A stretch of 64,000 nucleotides of DNA from Botryllus schlosseri (taxonomy: Eukaryota), in NCBI GenBank assembly GCA_051294905.1, contig CM119372.1, positions 36,644,001 to 36,708,000 on the forward strand, in the 5' to 3' direction. Under the pieces are notes generated by a model. The model was not told where the DNA came from and made no database searches. It saw only the letters and a list, made by a program, of their open reading frames with translations. The position numbers and the translations under genes were made by a program. Shown one piece after another: positions 52,025 through 63,487 of this stretch; position 1 is the first letter of the stretch; every line of letters starts with the position of its first letter.

Positions 52025-52976
52025 ATATAGGACACTATGGTAAATCTAACGCTGATTCTATTTGACTTTGGAAATAACATGATCAATGTAGCCTAGTTAT
52101 CAGGAGTAGGCCTATTCCCGAAACCAGGATTAGGCTTTACTGCTCCAAAGCTCTGATATCGGATCAATCTTTGCAAAAATTTTAAATTCCACGTATAATT
52201 GTGGCTCATCAAATGTCCGCTAGATGCAAAACTATAACACGACAGCTTTTACGAAGTCCTGATGCATTTGTACTCTCGCATGGTGTCTACCAGTAAATAT
52301 TTTGACAAATGCCAAGTACAGCAACAATTTTATTCAAATATTTGTATATGTGATTTTTTTTCGTGCCAGGAGTGAATGCACAATGATCAATCACATTTCC
52401 ACGATGCGTGTGAAATGTCAGTCTGCAAGGTCCCGTCAAATAAGGCCTACTAGGAAATACATTGAATTCCGCTATTATTGGTGCTGCGGCCCGCAGCACC
52501 ATCAAAAAGTAGGAAATTGGCTCGCGAGCAGATTTGAGTTTGAGACCTCTGTATTACGCGAAAATGGAGAGAGAATGAAAACGTGATTTCTTTGCACATG
52601 TCGATATGACGACCACGAGCCGAGAAATTCCATCTCATCGTTGCTATGAACCGGATGAGAAAATACTCGTTCTTTCGTGATTGTTCTTTAATCGGGCCGC
52701 GAAATTGGACAGTGTTATTGTGTATGCAATTATGCATGCAAATTGGAATTCATTACTGCGCATGATCTTCATTCTCTCGAGTGAGGATTTTCGAGCGTAA
52801 ATAGGGGATGGCAGAAGAGTAGCCCAAAATGTCGTTACACTCAGCAAACAATTGTCGCGGTGCGAGATACTCAATGCGAGGTCAGGAGCCCATGTTTTTT
52901 TTTTATGTCGGAGACAAATTACTGATTTGATACGCGATTTCCAATTTGTAATCATCTGTTTCTTAAATTCATTCTT

Positions 52977-53250
52977 GAGATAGTGTAGTGGTTACGATAA
53001 GCGCCCAGCACGAAGTCGAACCGCGTTCGATTCCCGTCGGAGGTTTATCTGGGCTCCTCTTCCCCTGCCGTTGCCGTTCTTACGGCGACAAAAAAGCCCA
53101 GAAAAAGACCCGACGAAAGAAAGCACTCACAATGAATGGAAAAGAACTAGTAGAAAGGGCTGCGGCTTCAAAGAGATCAACATCGAAAAAGAACTGTGAC
53201 ATCGGGCACTCTAGGCCGAGGTGGATGTTAGAGTAAAAGGATCGCTACTG
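52977..53250 (+). mobile_element. tRNA-derived SINE, family B
   Basis: A-box TAGTGTAGTGG, B-box GTTCGATTCCC and the shared core. A second copy lies on - at ~63228-63487. Confidence 0.75.
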
Positions 53251-53268
53251 ATGCGTGTCGTTCTACAT

Positions 53269-53669
53269 CAGTGGTTCCCAACCTTTTTCGACCCATCGCC
53301 CCCTTTTCAAGGTCAACACCAATCATCGCCCCCCAAAATTTTGTGCACCGATAATTGGGCATACAGACTGTAATCACCGGCGGGTTGACTAAAAAAAAAA
53401 AAAAAAAAAAGGTCATCTTTCTCCGCTCAGAGCTGCAAATAACGTTTTTTCTCTCCGAATTGCTAGGTGGATGACTAAAAAAAAAAAAAAAAAAAAAGGT
53501 CAGCCGTTTTGACGCGTCATCGCCCCCCTATCGCCCCCTTCGCTATTTTCGCCCCCCGTCGCCCCCTTTGTCCATTTTCGCCCCCCTATCGCCCCCTTCG
53601 TCATTTTCGCCCCCCTAGATCGCCAAATCGCCCCCTGGGGGGCGATATCGCCCACGTTGGGAACCACTG
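53269..53669. mobile_element. hAT-type MITE (TCGCCCCC repeats)
   Basis: TIRs CAGTGGTTCCCAAC / GTTGGGAACCACTG, perfect TSD TTCTACAT. Confidence 0.92.
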
Positions 53670-54385
53670 TTCTACATCCTCCTATCTGTTCATGACATTG
53701 CATTGTGTCTTATCGCATTGTACATTGTGTGTGACTTGTTCAGATCAAAAATATAACCCAACTATGTTATGTTATGTTATGTTATACTCTAGTATTCCCG
53801 GATTATCGCGCAATGTGACTTGTAGATGTGCAATGTGCATACTGCATAGTGTAATTCGTTATGGGCATGGCGCAATGTGCAAGGCATAGTGTTTAATTCG
53901 AATATTCGATTCGTTTAAACGGGATAATATTATATTCCGATGAACTTGATCGACACCGGATGACTGGTAACGAGTGCACCAATACCGAACGTCAAACCAT
54001 TGGCCATTTGGTAGAAATCGAATTTCTATTGATGAGGTCGTGATATCCGACCATATTGCTCTTACAACAGTTACAGTTGAATAATAATCGCACATTTAAA
54101 GATGGAATTGAGCTGTATGGCTTAATATTAACGAGTACAGTGCCAGTGTTAAAACGCCGCATCAGAATTTTAATGCTGTAGGCCTACACAGCAATGGTAT
54201 GGAGTAAAGTGCGTTCTTGACTAGTGCAACTATGATGTTATCGACAATCGATAAGTATTCATTAGGACGTCACAAGCCGGCACGGCGGCAACTATGTCTT
54301 CGTTGCTGCATCCAATGTTAGTGACGGCTGACAGACTCTAGATTACCATGGATAACTAACCTACGGGTAAATTGGCAGTCTATAT

Positions 54386-54842
54386 TAGGCTTACCATACG
54401 TCCTCTTTTAAGAGGATTTGTCCTCTTTTTTGACTTTTTTGAAAGTGTCCTCGGAGGACGCCCTTTTGTCCTCTTTTTTGAGATTTTGTCCTCTTTTTTG
54501 AAAATTTAGGTCAGATTTAGAGGAAATCGCGAGTGATATGCCGTAAATTAGCGCAGAAGTGAAGCTCCGGGTGGTATTTCGGAGGGAAAAGAGGCGATTT
54601 AAGCTCTGAGCGAAAAGAAGACCTGTTTTTTTTTTAGTCATCCACCTGGCAATGTAGAGTGAAAAACGTGATTTTGAGCTCTGAGCGGAAGTGATGACCT
54701 TTTTTTTTTTTTTTTTTTTTTTAGTCAACCGATCGTGAAGTGGGAAAAATTTACAGTTTTTGGGAATTCATTTCCAGTTTTGCATGTCTGAAATTTCTGA
54801 AAAAGTGTCCTCTTTTTTCATTTCCGAAATATGGTAAGCCTA
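54386..54842. mobile_element. hAT-type MITE (GTCCTC repeats)
   Basis: TIRs TAGGCTTACCATA / TATGGTAAGCCTA, perfect TSD GTCTATAT. Confidence 0.92.
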
Positions 54843-54854
54843 GTCTATATAGAC

Positions 54855-55549
54855 CAGGGGGCCAACCTTTTCGGCTAAAGGGCAGCATGAAATTTACGAA
54901 CGAGTGCGCTGCCCACTAGCCGCGCCAGGCGCGTAAATTTTTCAAAGGTAATATTATTATTACCTGGTTATATTGCGGGTCGACTGTAAACCGCTTGCTG
55001 GGCCCAGTTTGCAAGGACAGGACTATTCGGAATCTGGACTTATCGATATCGAAGATTTCCGCTAATATACGACAATCATTTTGTGCCTACATTTCATCGT
55101 CTACGATCTTTCTGCGAGTGCAAACGCGAAAAGACTTTCTCTCGTAATTGAGATTATGGTTAGACTCAATCGGCTAAATCAGGCGTTTTTTCATTTTCAG
55201 GAGGGGGTAGGCTACGAAGAAAGAAATCGTGTGACAATTAAACACGCGAAGCGTGAAGAAATATTTTACTACTCTTTTAGTTTATCGTAATGTACGACGA
55301 TTTACTAAAAATGTGACTGGGCCCTGGATCTGCCAATGCGCCGGAAATGATATTTTAGTCATCCACATCCCAAGTGTTGCGACCAAACAAATCATATTTT
55401 TGGTTGGCCTTGCAAGTGCACAATCTGAGCAATTCAATTTCGATAATATAACAGAATTTCGATAATATAATGGGAAATTAGCTCGCGGGCTATTCAAAAC
55501 CTTCTCGCGGGCCACATATGGACCGGAGGTCGCGGGTTGCCCACCCCTG
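54855..55549. mobile_element. hAT-type MITE
   Basis: Termini CAGGGGGCCAACC and GGTTGCCCACCCCTG, TSD ATATAGAC/ATATAGAT. Confidence 0.8.
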
Positions 55550-56189
55550 ATATAGATAGACACCTTCGATAGTTTTCAGAGCCGGAACTGGAGCCGGAGC
55601 AGTGGTAATAATGCGGCTCCGGAGCTGGAGCCGGAGCTATTGTATGGTAGAAGAAATCTCCGGAGCTGGAGCAATGCAAATTTACGGCTGCTCCAAAGCC
55701 CTGCTTGCAAGGGAATATAAGCTTACGCCGTAACGGTCTAGGCCAGACCGGACAATGTATTCGGCGTCTGAGTATTGCAACGGCGATATTGAGCAGAGTG
55801 TAAAACGGGTTTCTACACTTATTAGCGATATTACCCCATTAACAAGTTATACAGCAGTAGCCAACACTCTCATCGCACGGATTTGATTTTTATGATACAA
55901 TAAACATATGAAATCAAGATTGACCCCTTACTCCGGATAGATTTTTTTTAACATCAGACAACGATATCAATTTCATTGATTGGTTGAATAAGTAGGCCTA
56001 TCATTCGCTGACTAGTGCATTTCCCTCTTGATGTTGTCTGATTGCGCGTTCACACCATCCCTAGGCCATTCGATATCACTTGAGCAGAGTTGTTTAATGT
56101 TGGTTGAAGAGAGAGAGAGATGATATTCTTTTTCGCATGCACCATCGAGATGCTGTGACGACGGAGTTGCGATACGGCCGTGGGGTCAT

Positions 56190-56325
56190 CTAGTCTGCGC
56201 CCCTGTTTTTTCTTCTCCTCCATGCAATCCGTGATTGCTGAGCGCCTAGCAGAATAGCTGCGGATTCCACTTTTCGAGTCTTTGGTATGACCCGGCCGGG
56301 GAACTCGGAAATTGACCCTTTACTA
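56190..56325 (-). mobile_element. SINE fragment with a conserved central domain (MetaSINE-like)
   Basis: On -: CCGGCCGGGTCATACCAAAGACTCGAAAAGTGG...TGCTAGGCGCTCAGCA, resembling a widely shared animal SINE central domain as I recall it. Confidence 0.5.
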
Positions 56326-56654
56326 GCTGACTCGGTCGTGAATTTAAAATGATTTTGAGTCGAAACTATAAAAGTGAGATTGACATGTGACATCGTTAAA
56401 ACTCTGGAAATGACTCTCTTGAATGGTCATATGCGAAGATATCAATGCTCTTGTCTTGAGTTTCAAAAACCTAGGTAAAAAAGCTAACAATCTGAGTAGG
56501 CTACTGAGTAGGCAACAGGGGAGTAAGGAGCAGGCAACCTATTTAGGCAGGTACTCATAAATGTACACAACAGACTTGTGCAAACTACTGGATTTTCAAA
56601 AAGCGCAACTAGAAGTACTCAATTTTTAAAACTCGCAACTAGAACTACGCCAAC

Positions 56655-56844
56655 CAATGTTCCTTCTAATTTTTGACGAGTCTGCGCACACTAACCAACT
56701 CACTGCGCAGACCCTTGGACAACAGGGTAACGACTAAAAAAAGGTCATCACTTCGGATTTTTTGTGCGCAACTTAGATTTTCTGTGCGCAGAGACCGTGT
56801 CAGCACTGCGCACTGCGCATGTGCGCCGCTTAGAGGGAACATTG
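56655..56844. mobile_element. hAT-type MITE (TGCGCA repeats)
   Basis: Termini CAATGTTCCTTCTAA and TTAGAGGGAACATTG, perfect TSD ACGCCAAC. Confidence 0.9.
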
Positions 56845-56943
56845 ACGCCAACTACTCAATATTCAAAATCAGCAACCAGAGCTACTCAAAACAACGTTAG
56901 TTAGTTAACGACCAGCATCAACTATAACTAAATGGGTAGGCCT

Positions 56944-57558
56944 CAGTGATGAGCGGATAGTGCTTTTCGAGACTCCGAATCCCTCCGACAACTTTAGTCT
57001 CTGAGGAAAACTCCCTCCGACTCCGAAGAGCTCAATCCCAGACTCTGAGATACTCCGAAGAATTTCGTCAAGTATCCGAAATTTTGTGAACTACAGACAC
57101 TGCTCAACGAAAATACCTTGCTAGATCACCAAGTTAAGATAGCTCGTGGCAAATCATACCATTTTAACCAGTTATATAGCATTAGAGTGGCACGCATGAT
57201 ACACTTGGTAATGTGTTTTACTAAATAAATGTGATAATATGGTTGGCCTTATAGTATTGTCTACTCTCCAGTCCCCAATTACAGTACAGATGACTAATTT
57301 TTATGCATTGGCAATCATTTTTGCATGTTACCCGTCATATTACAACTTTATAAGGTGACAACTGTCTGTGTTTTGGTTTGTAATTAATAGTATGTCTTCT
57401 GGTCTGAGCCATCCAAAGATATCGCGGGCAAAAGTTACAAAACTCTGAAAATCTCCGAAAAAATATCTGTACTAAACTCCGACTCCGCTCCGAGTGTCAC
57501 AAAATCGGCCAAGCTCCGCTCCGAATACACTCCGACTCCGCTCCGATGCTCATCACTG
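56944..57558. mobile_element. hAT-type MITE (CTCCGA repeats)
   Basis: TIRs CAGTGATGAGC / GCTCATCACTG, perfect TSD GTAGGCCT. Confidence 0.9.
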
Positions 57559-58732
57559 GTAGGCCTATAGATCAGTGGTTCCCAAACGGTGGGGAATTCC
57601 CCACTGCTGGGGAATTTCGGGATTCCTGGTGGGAATCAAGCCCCGAACTACTGCTATCTCCGGCTAAGCAAATTTGCGTGATCCCCATGCGCAGATGCAT
57701 TGTGGGTACTCGGTTAATCGATTTAGTACAGGGGCTTATGGAAAAGCGGTCAGTGTTTCAATATATTTGATTCGTGTTGGTTCTGTAGTATTGTATGCGT
57801 ATAGAGCTTTGAATGACTAATTATTCTAACATTCAGGATTTGTTTCAGCCCAATATCTCGTGTCAGTATATTGATATTCTGTGTAATTCGACATGTCGAA
57901 GATGGTACGTTTATCAGGTGGTAGTGGTAGCCTTTGCTGTGCCTATATGGGTGTAGTAAAAGGCGGAAGAAGATATCCAGTGAGTCGTATGCAAGAAGTA
58001 ATAGTAACGGCAGTAGGGATGAAGAGTCGATAGTAAAGCGTCGATACCCCAGAAATTTTCACCGGTAAGTGAATAACAGAATAAGCATAGCAGCATACAG
58101 TTGTAATGAACAGGTCATGGTAAAGTGATAGCAGAACATTTCGTTGCAGCTATATGAATGAAATGACCAGACCAGACTACAAGTAGAAATCCGTGTCACC
58201 ATATCTTCTATGTAATGTTCATCATCAATATCTGTAATAATCTGTAATAATGTCCATCTCACTGTTCGTATTTTGTCCATGATCGAGTACAAGCAGTTCG
58301 GCCAATAATCAGTTTAGTATTCAATTCTTGCTTACGCTATGTAGGCAAGAGTAGGAATACAAGGAAAAGATTTAATTAATGGCCTATGGGTTTTCATCAG
58401 CATAGTTAAAACAGGATATCTTTTTCAGATGCTAAACAAATACTGTGGAATTTGCAAATTCCATAGTCGAGTTCATCTATATAGTCCTTATAGCTTTGTG
58501 CGAAACTGTCAATTTATTTATTCAAAAATATTTTTCAAGGTTTACCTTTCAACTGCTTTAGCTTTAGAAGGCTGCGTCAATCTTAAATACAATAGCCTAT
58601 GGAGTGAAAAGTGGCAGATGTATACTTTTATCAGACAAGTTATTTTATGTCCCTTCTGCTTTTATCATAGCTCATAACAAAGAATTGACTATTTAGTGTG
58701 ATTTGCTTCATACAATGCTCCGCATAATGCAG

Positions 58733-60033
58733 GTTTCCTACTAATGAATCGCTGAAAGGAAGATGGTTAGAAAAAACTGGATTCCATCAAGATCGTCAGT
58801 TATCTGCTCCGATCATTTTCCGGAAAGTGCCATTTACAGTGTGGGCCAGTTGATACGTTTGAGGGAGAATGCGGTGCCAACGAGATTTCTGAACTTTCCG
58901 AAATATATGAGGTCAAAGGTTCAGTAGACATTTATAAATTTACTTCTAAAGTTAAGTTTATATTAGTATACCCTTACCCTAGCCTCTGTTGATGTGAAAT
59001 TCGTGAATTTCAGGCTTCCAACAAACGGCAAGCGAGACCAGCAACACTTCAATAAAAGAAACGTTATTGTAAAGCACAAACCGGTGAAGCAGTTCTCCGC
59101 GACCACAGTTACTGTGCATGTACCTCTCCTCAAAAGCTCATTCAACAGCAACGCCGTAGAGTGGTACAAATTAAAAAGAGGTTGCATGCTGCCAAAATCA
59201 GGACATGCCGCCTGAGGAAAAAAGTGAAAACTCTGGATGAGGTCATTGCATCTCTGAAAAAAATAATTTGATCAGCGATTTGTGTGGAAAAGTGATGTCA
59301 CACAAATTCAGACGTCTACCAAGTGAGCTGTTACAGCGCATGAAGCTACAAGTTGGTGGAAGAGGAGTCAAATACTCTAAAGAACTGCAATATTTTTGCA
59401 ATGACGCTGCAGTATTATTCTGCTAAGGTATACAATTTTGTGCGTCAAAACTTTCAACTCGCTCTTCCCCATCCGAGTGTGATAAGGCGCGGGTATAGAA
59501 AACTTCCCGCTGAGCCTGGCTTTACTGGTATTGCGTTTTCTGCTATCAGAGGATAAGTAGAGGCATCAACAACTCCTGTAATATGTTTCATAATGGATGA
59601 AATGTCGATCCGCAAACAGATTTTTTGGGATGGAAGAAGATATCGAGGATATGTAGACATGGGTACTGACTGCGAGCACGATGATTTTTTGCCACTGGCA
59701 AAAGATGTATTAGTTTTTATGGCTGTTTGCGTCAATTCATCCTGGAAGATTCCGCTTGGATACTTTTTCATTAATGGTTTGACAGGATCGGAACGAGCAA
59801 ATATGGTTAAAATTTGCATGAACAAGCTTAGCGAAACCGGTGTAACTGTTGCTTCATTGACATGCGACGGGCTTTCCTGCCACTCCGCTATGCTTTCCTC
59901 ATTGCGGGCAAACATATCGTCCAGGAACATTGAGTCTAGTTTTCCCGGTCCATATTTACCCAATCATCAAATCCAAGTAATAGTAGATACTTGTGAAATG
60001 CTCAAACTCATCAGAAACTGCCTAGCAGAATGG
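58733..60033 (+). pseudogene. THAP9/P-element-like transposase, disrupted and 3'-truncated
   Basis: A THAP exon 58733-58918 reads FPTNESLKGRWL...ICSDHF...LRENAVPTRF. It is followed by FAMTLQYYSAKVYNFVRQ..LALPHP, MDEMSIRK, WKIPLGYF, SLTCDG and DTCEMLKLIRN. There are frameshifts and an in-frame TAA at ~59554, and the C-terminal half is absent. Confidence 0.9.
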
Positions 60034-61209
60034 GTACTTTGCTGGATGGGCGTAGTCAGCAAATTTGGTCTATCAAATTGCAATTACGATCAGAATTGGT
60101 TCGTTTATTGTATCTCGTTCGCAGATATTAAGCCCTTACTTATCCCACATTTTACTTTCAGATCACCCTCAATTACGTCGAGGGTGACGTCAAGTCAATA
60201 ACAATTAAATAATTTCTGTTTTTATTTTTTTATGTTACTTATTTTGATAGAAAAATCATTCAAAACCTTGCGTTTCTCGTGACTGAAGCTAGTGTTTCTA
60301 AAAACGAAAGTTTGAGTACGAGACAGTACAGCGTGGAATTTCATGTGATCCCAGAAATAGTTGATCGAAAGCCAGGCTGTAATGCATCGTCTTGTAGGGA
60401 AGGAAGGTAGGCAGCAACTGCGTGATCCCAGAAAAAATGGTTGATCTGCAGACGCACCAGGTAGGAATGCTTCATCTAGCAGGCAAGGAAAGGTGGGTGG
60501 GTGTAGATTACCTCAGGTCGTTGCGTTACCATGCTATCTTTTCATCAATAACGATAATAAACTCCCGAGCACAGATTGCTGTAACCAACATAGCGTCAAT
60601 TTCAGTGAGCACTAGGCAAATCTACCCCGATCTAAATAAGGACTCATGCATTCATCTTGTTTCTCTCATTTAATGATATAAATATATTATTTCTCTCATT
60701 TGATCACCTCTGCAGAAATCGCTAACCCATATTGCTACACATAACTCACATATCCTCACTTTCACTTTCTACGATTTATTTCGACTACTTTGACACAATG
60801 AATAAGTAGAATAACAATTAGATGGTATAAATTTGATTGTAGCTGTGCCTTTGTCATGTCACATGATGCTGAATTTTCCTCCGCCAGTGGTATTCATAGC
60901 CCATACATAGCTGGCAGCAACAGCATTGACATCAGCGCCATTGTAGTGAGAAGATTTCGAATCGAGGCCAGGGTGATTCTGAGGCAGTCTCCGGTAATAA
61001 CTTGAAGCTGGTGGTCATAGCCATAGATGCTTTTACTACCTATAGATACAGTACCTGGGAAATAACAACAAAACTGACATTATCCATTGCAATCATTTGA
61101 TATAGCTTGGTAATTATTTATACTTGAGATGTGCCTGTTTGCTGCTTTTCAAGATTTGTAAGAATAGTAAATTACAGTGTGTGCTTGCAACAACAATAAT
61201 TCAAGGACG

Positions 61210-61490
61210 CAGTACATGAAACTGAAGCTATAATCAGTAAAAAAGACAACATCAGCAAGCTCCCTCCGGATTAATGGCATCATATCCAAATCAAATTGCC
61301 ATACACAGTACCTGAAACTGAAGCTGTAGGTATAGAGAAGACTGCATTACCAAGCTCCCTTAGGATTAATGGCATCATATCCAAATCAAATTGCCATACA
61401 CAGTACCTGAAACTGAAGCTGTAGGGATAGAGAAGACAACATTACCAAGCTCCCTTAGGATTAACGGTATCATATCCAAATCGAATTATC
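61210..61490. repeat. Tandem repeat, ~95-bp unit x3
   Basis: Units start CAGTAC(C/A)TGAAACTGAAGCT at 61210, 61306 and 61401. Confidence 0.9.
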
Positions 61491-62737
61491 AATGCCATGA
61501 CAATTGACTTATCCCAGTAATTGTGAAAACAGCACTCAAGGCCAGCAGGAATTTTTGAGTAGAAGCATATGTTTATTTACCTGGATACAACGAGTTAAGC
61601 AATCTACATCAGGAAGATATTTGCAAATGAATACATACGGTGACACATATATAACTTTATCTTGTCCGAACCATCGAAATCGTTATGTCCAGGCCAAAGA
61701 GTAGTCAAAACAGTCACATCAACCAACCACTTCTGCCTTGACTACCAGCTTAACGCGCAACTATCAACTTAACCCAAAGATGGCGGCCAATCGGTCACGC
61801 AAATATCGCGAGTAACGCACTCCAGTGTTTATATAGCTCAGTGGTGGGAATAGACTCATATTTGAAAAAATCTTTACAGTAATATTCTTCTTTATTAAAT
61901 GTCGTTTTGAAATGCCGGCCGAATATTTCGTAACTCATTTGCAATTCGGCGATTCATATTATCAGACCCTCCAATGGGGCTGTTCCACTTCATTTTGAAC
62001 ACGCGGTGGCGACAAAGGTAACTCGACCCAAATCTGTTTTGTTGCTATATGCTTTACTATGGGAATGGACTAAACATGGACCCAATTTCGTCTATTGGCG
62101 TACAACGAGGATGGTGAAAGTATCCATATCAATATAGATCATCCATATGGATATCAAGTAGCTGTTAGCCGACATAAATGAGGCTATTTCTTGGCCGCTA
62201 GCCCTCGTGATGGACATTGTCACCATGGCAGGTGGAAGCTTACCGGTACATTGCTGTTAATTTTCCGAGAGTCGTATGATATGGCGAGTTTTATATGCCT
62301 CATTGTGTAAGGATGACGGTCATTTGATCTCAGAAGATGCGTCAATTAGAAACAGAAAGTTATCGGGAGGATGGGTTCCGTTTACGAAGAAGAGGTATGG
62401 ATGGATGCCTAGTCCTCTACTGGAAAAGTTGTCTGCAGAATATCATTTCACCAACATGATTTATCCTGCTTCCCCTGCAATAAATCAGTTCCCCCATGAG
62501 TGTTATGTCTTATGGAAAATTATGTTATGTACATTGTACGTTTGCTGCTGTGAGGTCCCACAACATATAAAAATCATGCGTTGGAATTACAATGAAGCTG
62601 ATCACACTTCGGTAAAGGCAGCCTCATCTGTTCTGTTTTCAATGAAAAAGGTTGCAGGAAAGACGTCAGTGTCAAAAGCTGGTGCAAAAGAATGAGCCGT
62701 ACGAGTCATCAGTCACGGCATCTTGTTCTGACCAGAC

Positions 62738-62895
62738 ATGGGGTAATCGCGATTAGTAATCGTAATCGATTACGACGATAACAGCATTTTCAAGTAATCG
62801 TAATCGCAATCGATTACATTCGAAAACAATCCAAAGTAATCGTAATCGACTACTTCATATATCTAATCGATTTCTTTGTGAAAGAACGATTACTT
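62738..62895. mobile_element. MITE end with GTAATC repeats
   Basis: CATGGGGTAATCG followed by many GTAATC/GATTAC units. The other end was not found. Confidence 0.55.
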
Positions 62896-63227
62896 TTTTA
62901 TTTGTACAATGAATATGACACAACCGAGTATTCGTGAACAAGGAAGAGATATTATACCAGGTTATTGATAGCGCAAACGGTTGATTTTCAAACGCCACTG
63001 CTCATTATTACGTCAGAAGTATTAGCTATGCTCTTCCTTGCGTAAGAAGTATCACACGTACTAAATATATATTCGATGTACATTGTTGTGTGATTCTTAG
63101 AACAGTGTAAGCCATGCTGTAGGCTATATCAGGTTATCAATACACTCCAGACGCCACTACCTCGCAGCAAGATAATAATAATAATCGTTGGATTATATTT
63201 TTCATCTGAACAAGTGACACACAATGC

Positions 63228-63487
63228 AGTTGCGATCCTTTTAATCTAACATCCACTTCGGTCTAGAGTGCCCGATTTCGGAGTTCTTATCGATTTTGAT
63301 TTTGTTGAAGCCTCGGCCCTTTCTACCAGTTCTTTCCATTCCTTGTGAGTGCTTTCTTTCGTCGGGTCTTTTTCTGGGCAACGGCAACGGCGGGCGAAGA
63401 GGAGCCCAGATAAACCTCCGACGGCAATCGAGCCGGGACCGCCAGATTGGTGAGCGCTTATTGTTACCTCCACGCTATCTCCCGGCC
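63228..63487 (-). mobile_element. tRNA-derived SINE, family B
   Basis: Reverse-complement homologue of 52977-53250. Confidence 0.75.

Larger units (their letters stand above)
49855..52042. mobile_element. Foldback (long-TIR) element, fourth layer, interrupted by two MITEs
   Basis: The arms 49856-49908 plus 50453-50590 are inverted relative to ~50678-50887. The right end GGACACTATGGTA at 52030-52042 matches the terminus at 18187. Confidence 0.75.
49530..52551. mobile_element. hAT-type element, third layer
   Basis: TIRs CAGAGGTCTCAAAC / GTTTGAGACCTCTG, TSD TGTTACGT/TATTACGC (6/8). Confidence 0.8.
49139..55703. mobile_element. hAT-type element (GGAGC repeats), second layer
   Basis: TIRs CAGGGCTTTGGAGC / GCTCCAAAGCCCTG, perfect TSD CTTGCAAG. 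Confidence 0.9.
48893..56063. mobile_element. hAT-type element, outermost layer of a nested stack
   Basis: TIRs TAGGGATGGTGTGAAC / GTTCACACCATCCCTA, perfect TSD GGCCATTC (48885-48892, 56064-56071). Confidence 0.9.

Noticed and set aside
53500..53889. Pro/Arg-rich and Gly-rich ORFs
   Set aside because: They are translations of the TCGCCCCC subterminal repeats of the MITE at 53269-53669.
59454..59963. 169-aa ORF on the - strand
   Set aside because: It is the antisense shadow of the THAP9-like transposase ORF.
61210..61490. Regularly spaced repeats as a CRISPR array
   Set aside because: The whole 95-bp unit is repeated, so it is a simple tandem duplication with no spacers.
57629..61851. GTGGGAAT direct repeats as the TSD of a full P element (57637-61843)
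   Set aside because: The enclosed ends share only CA...TG with no real TIR, and GGGAAT is the subterminal repeat of the MITE end at 57573, so the match may be coincidental.
62276..62695. 139-aa ORF on +
   Set aside because: No recognisable motif or supporting splice structure. It may be a decayed transposon fragment but I cannot support that.
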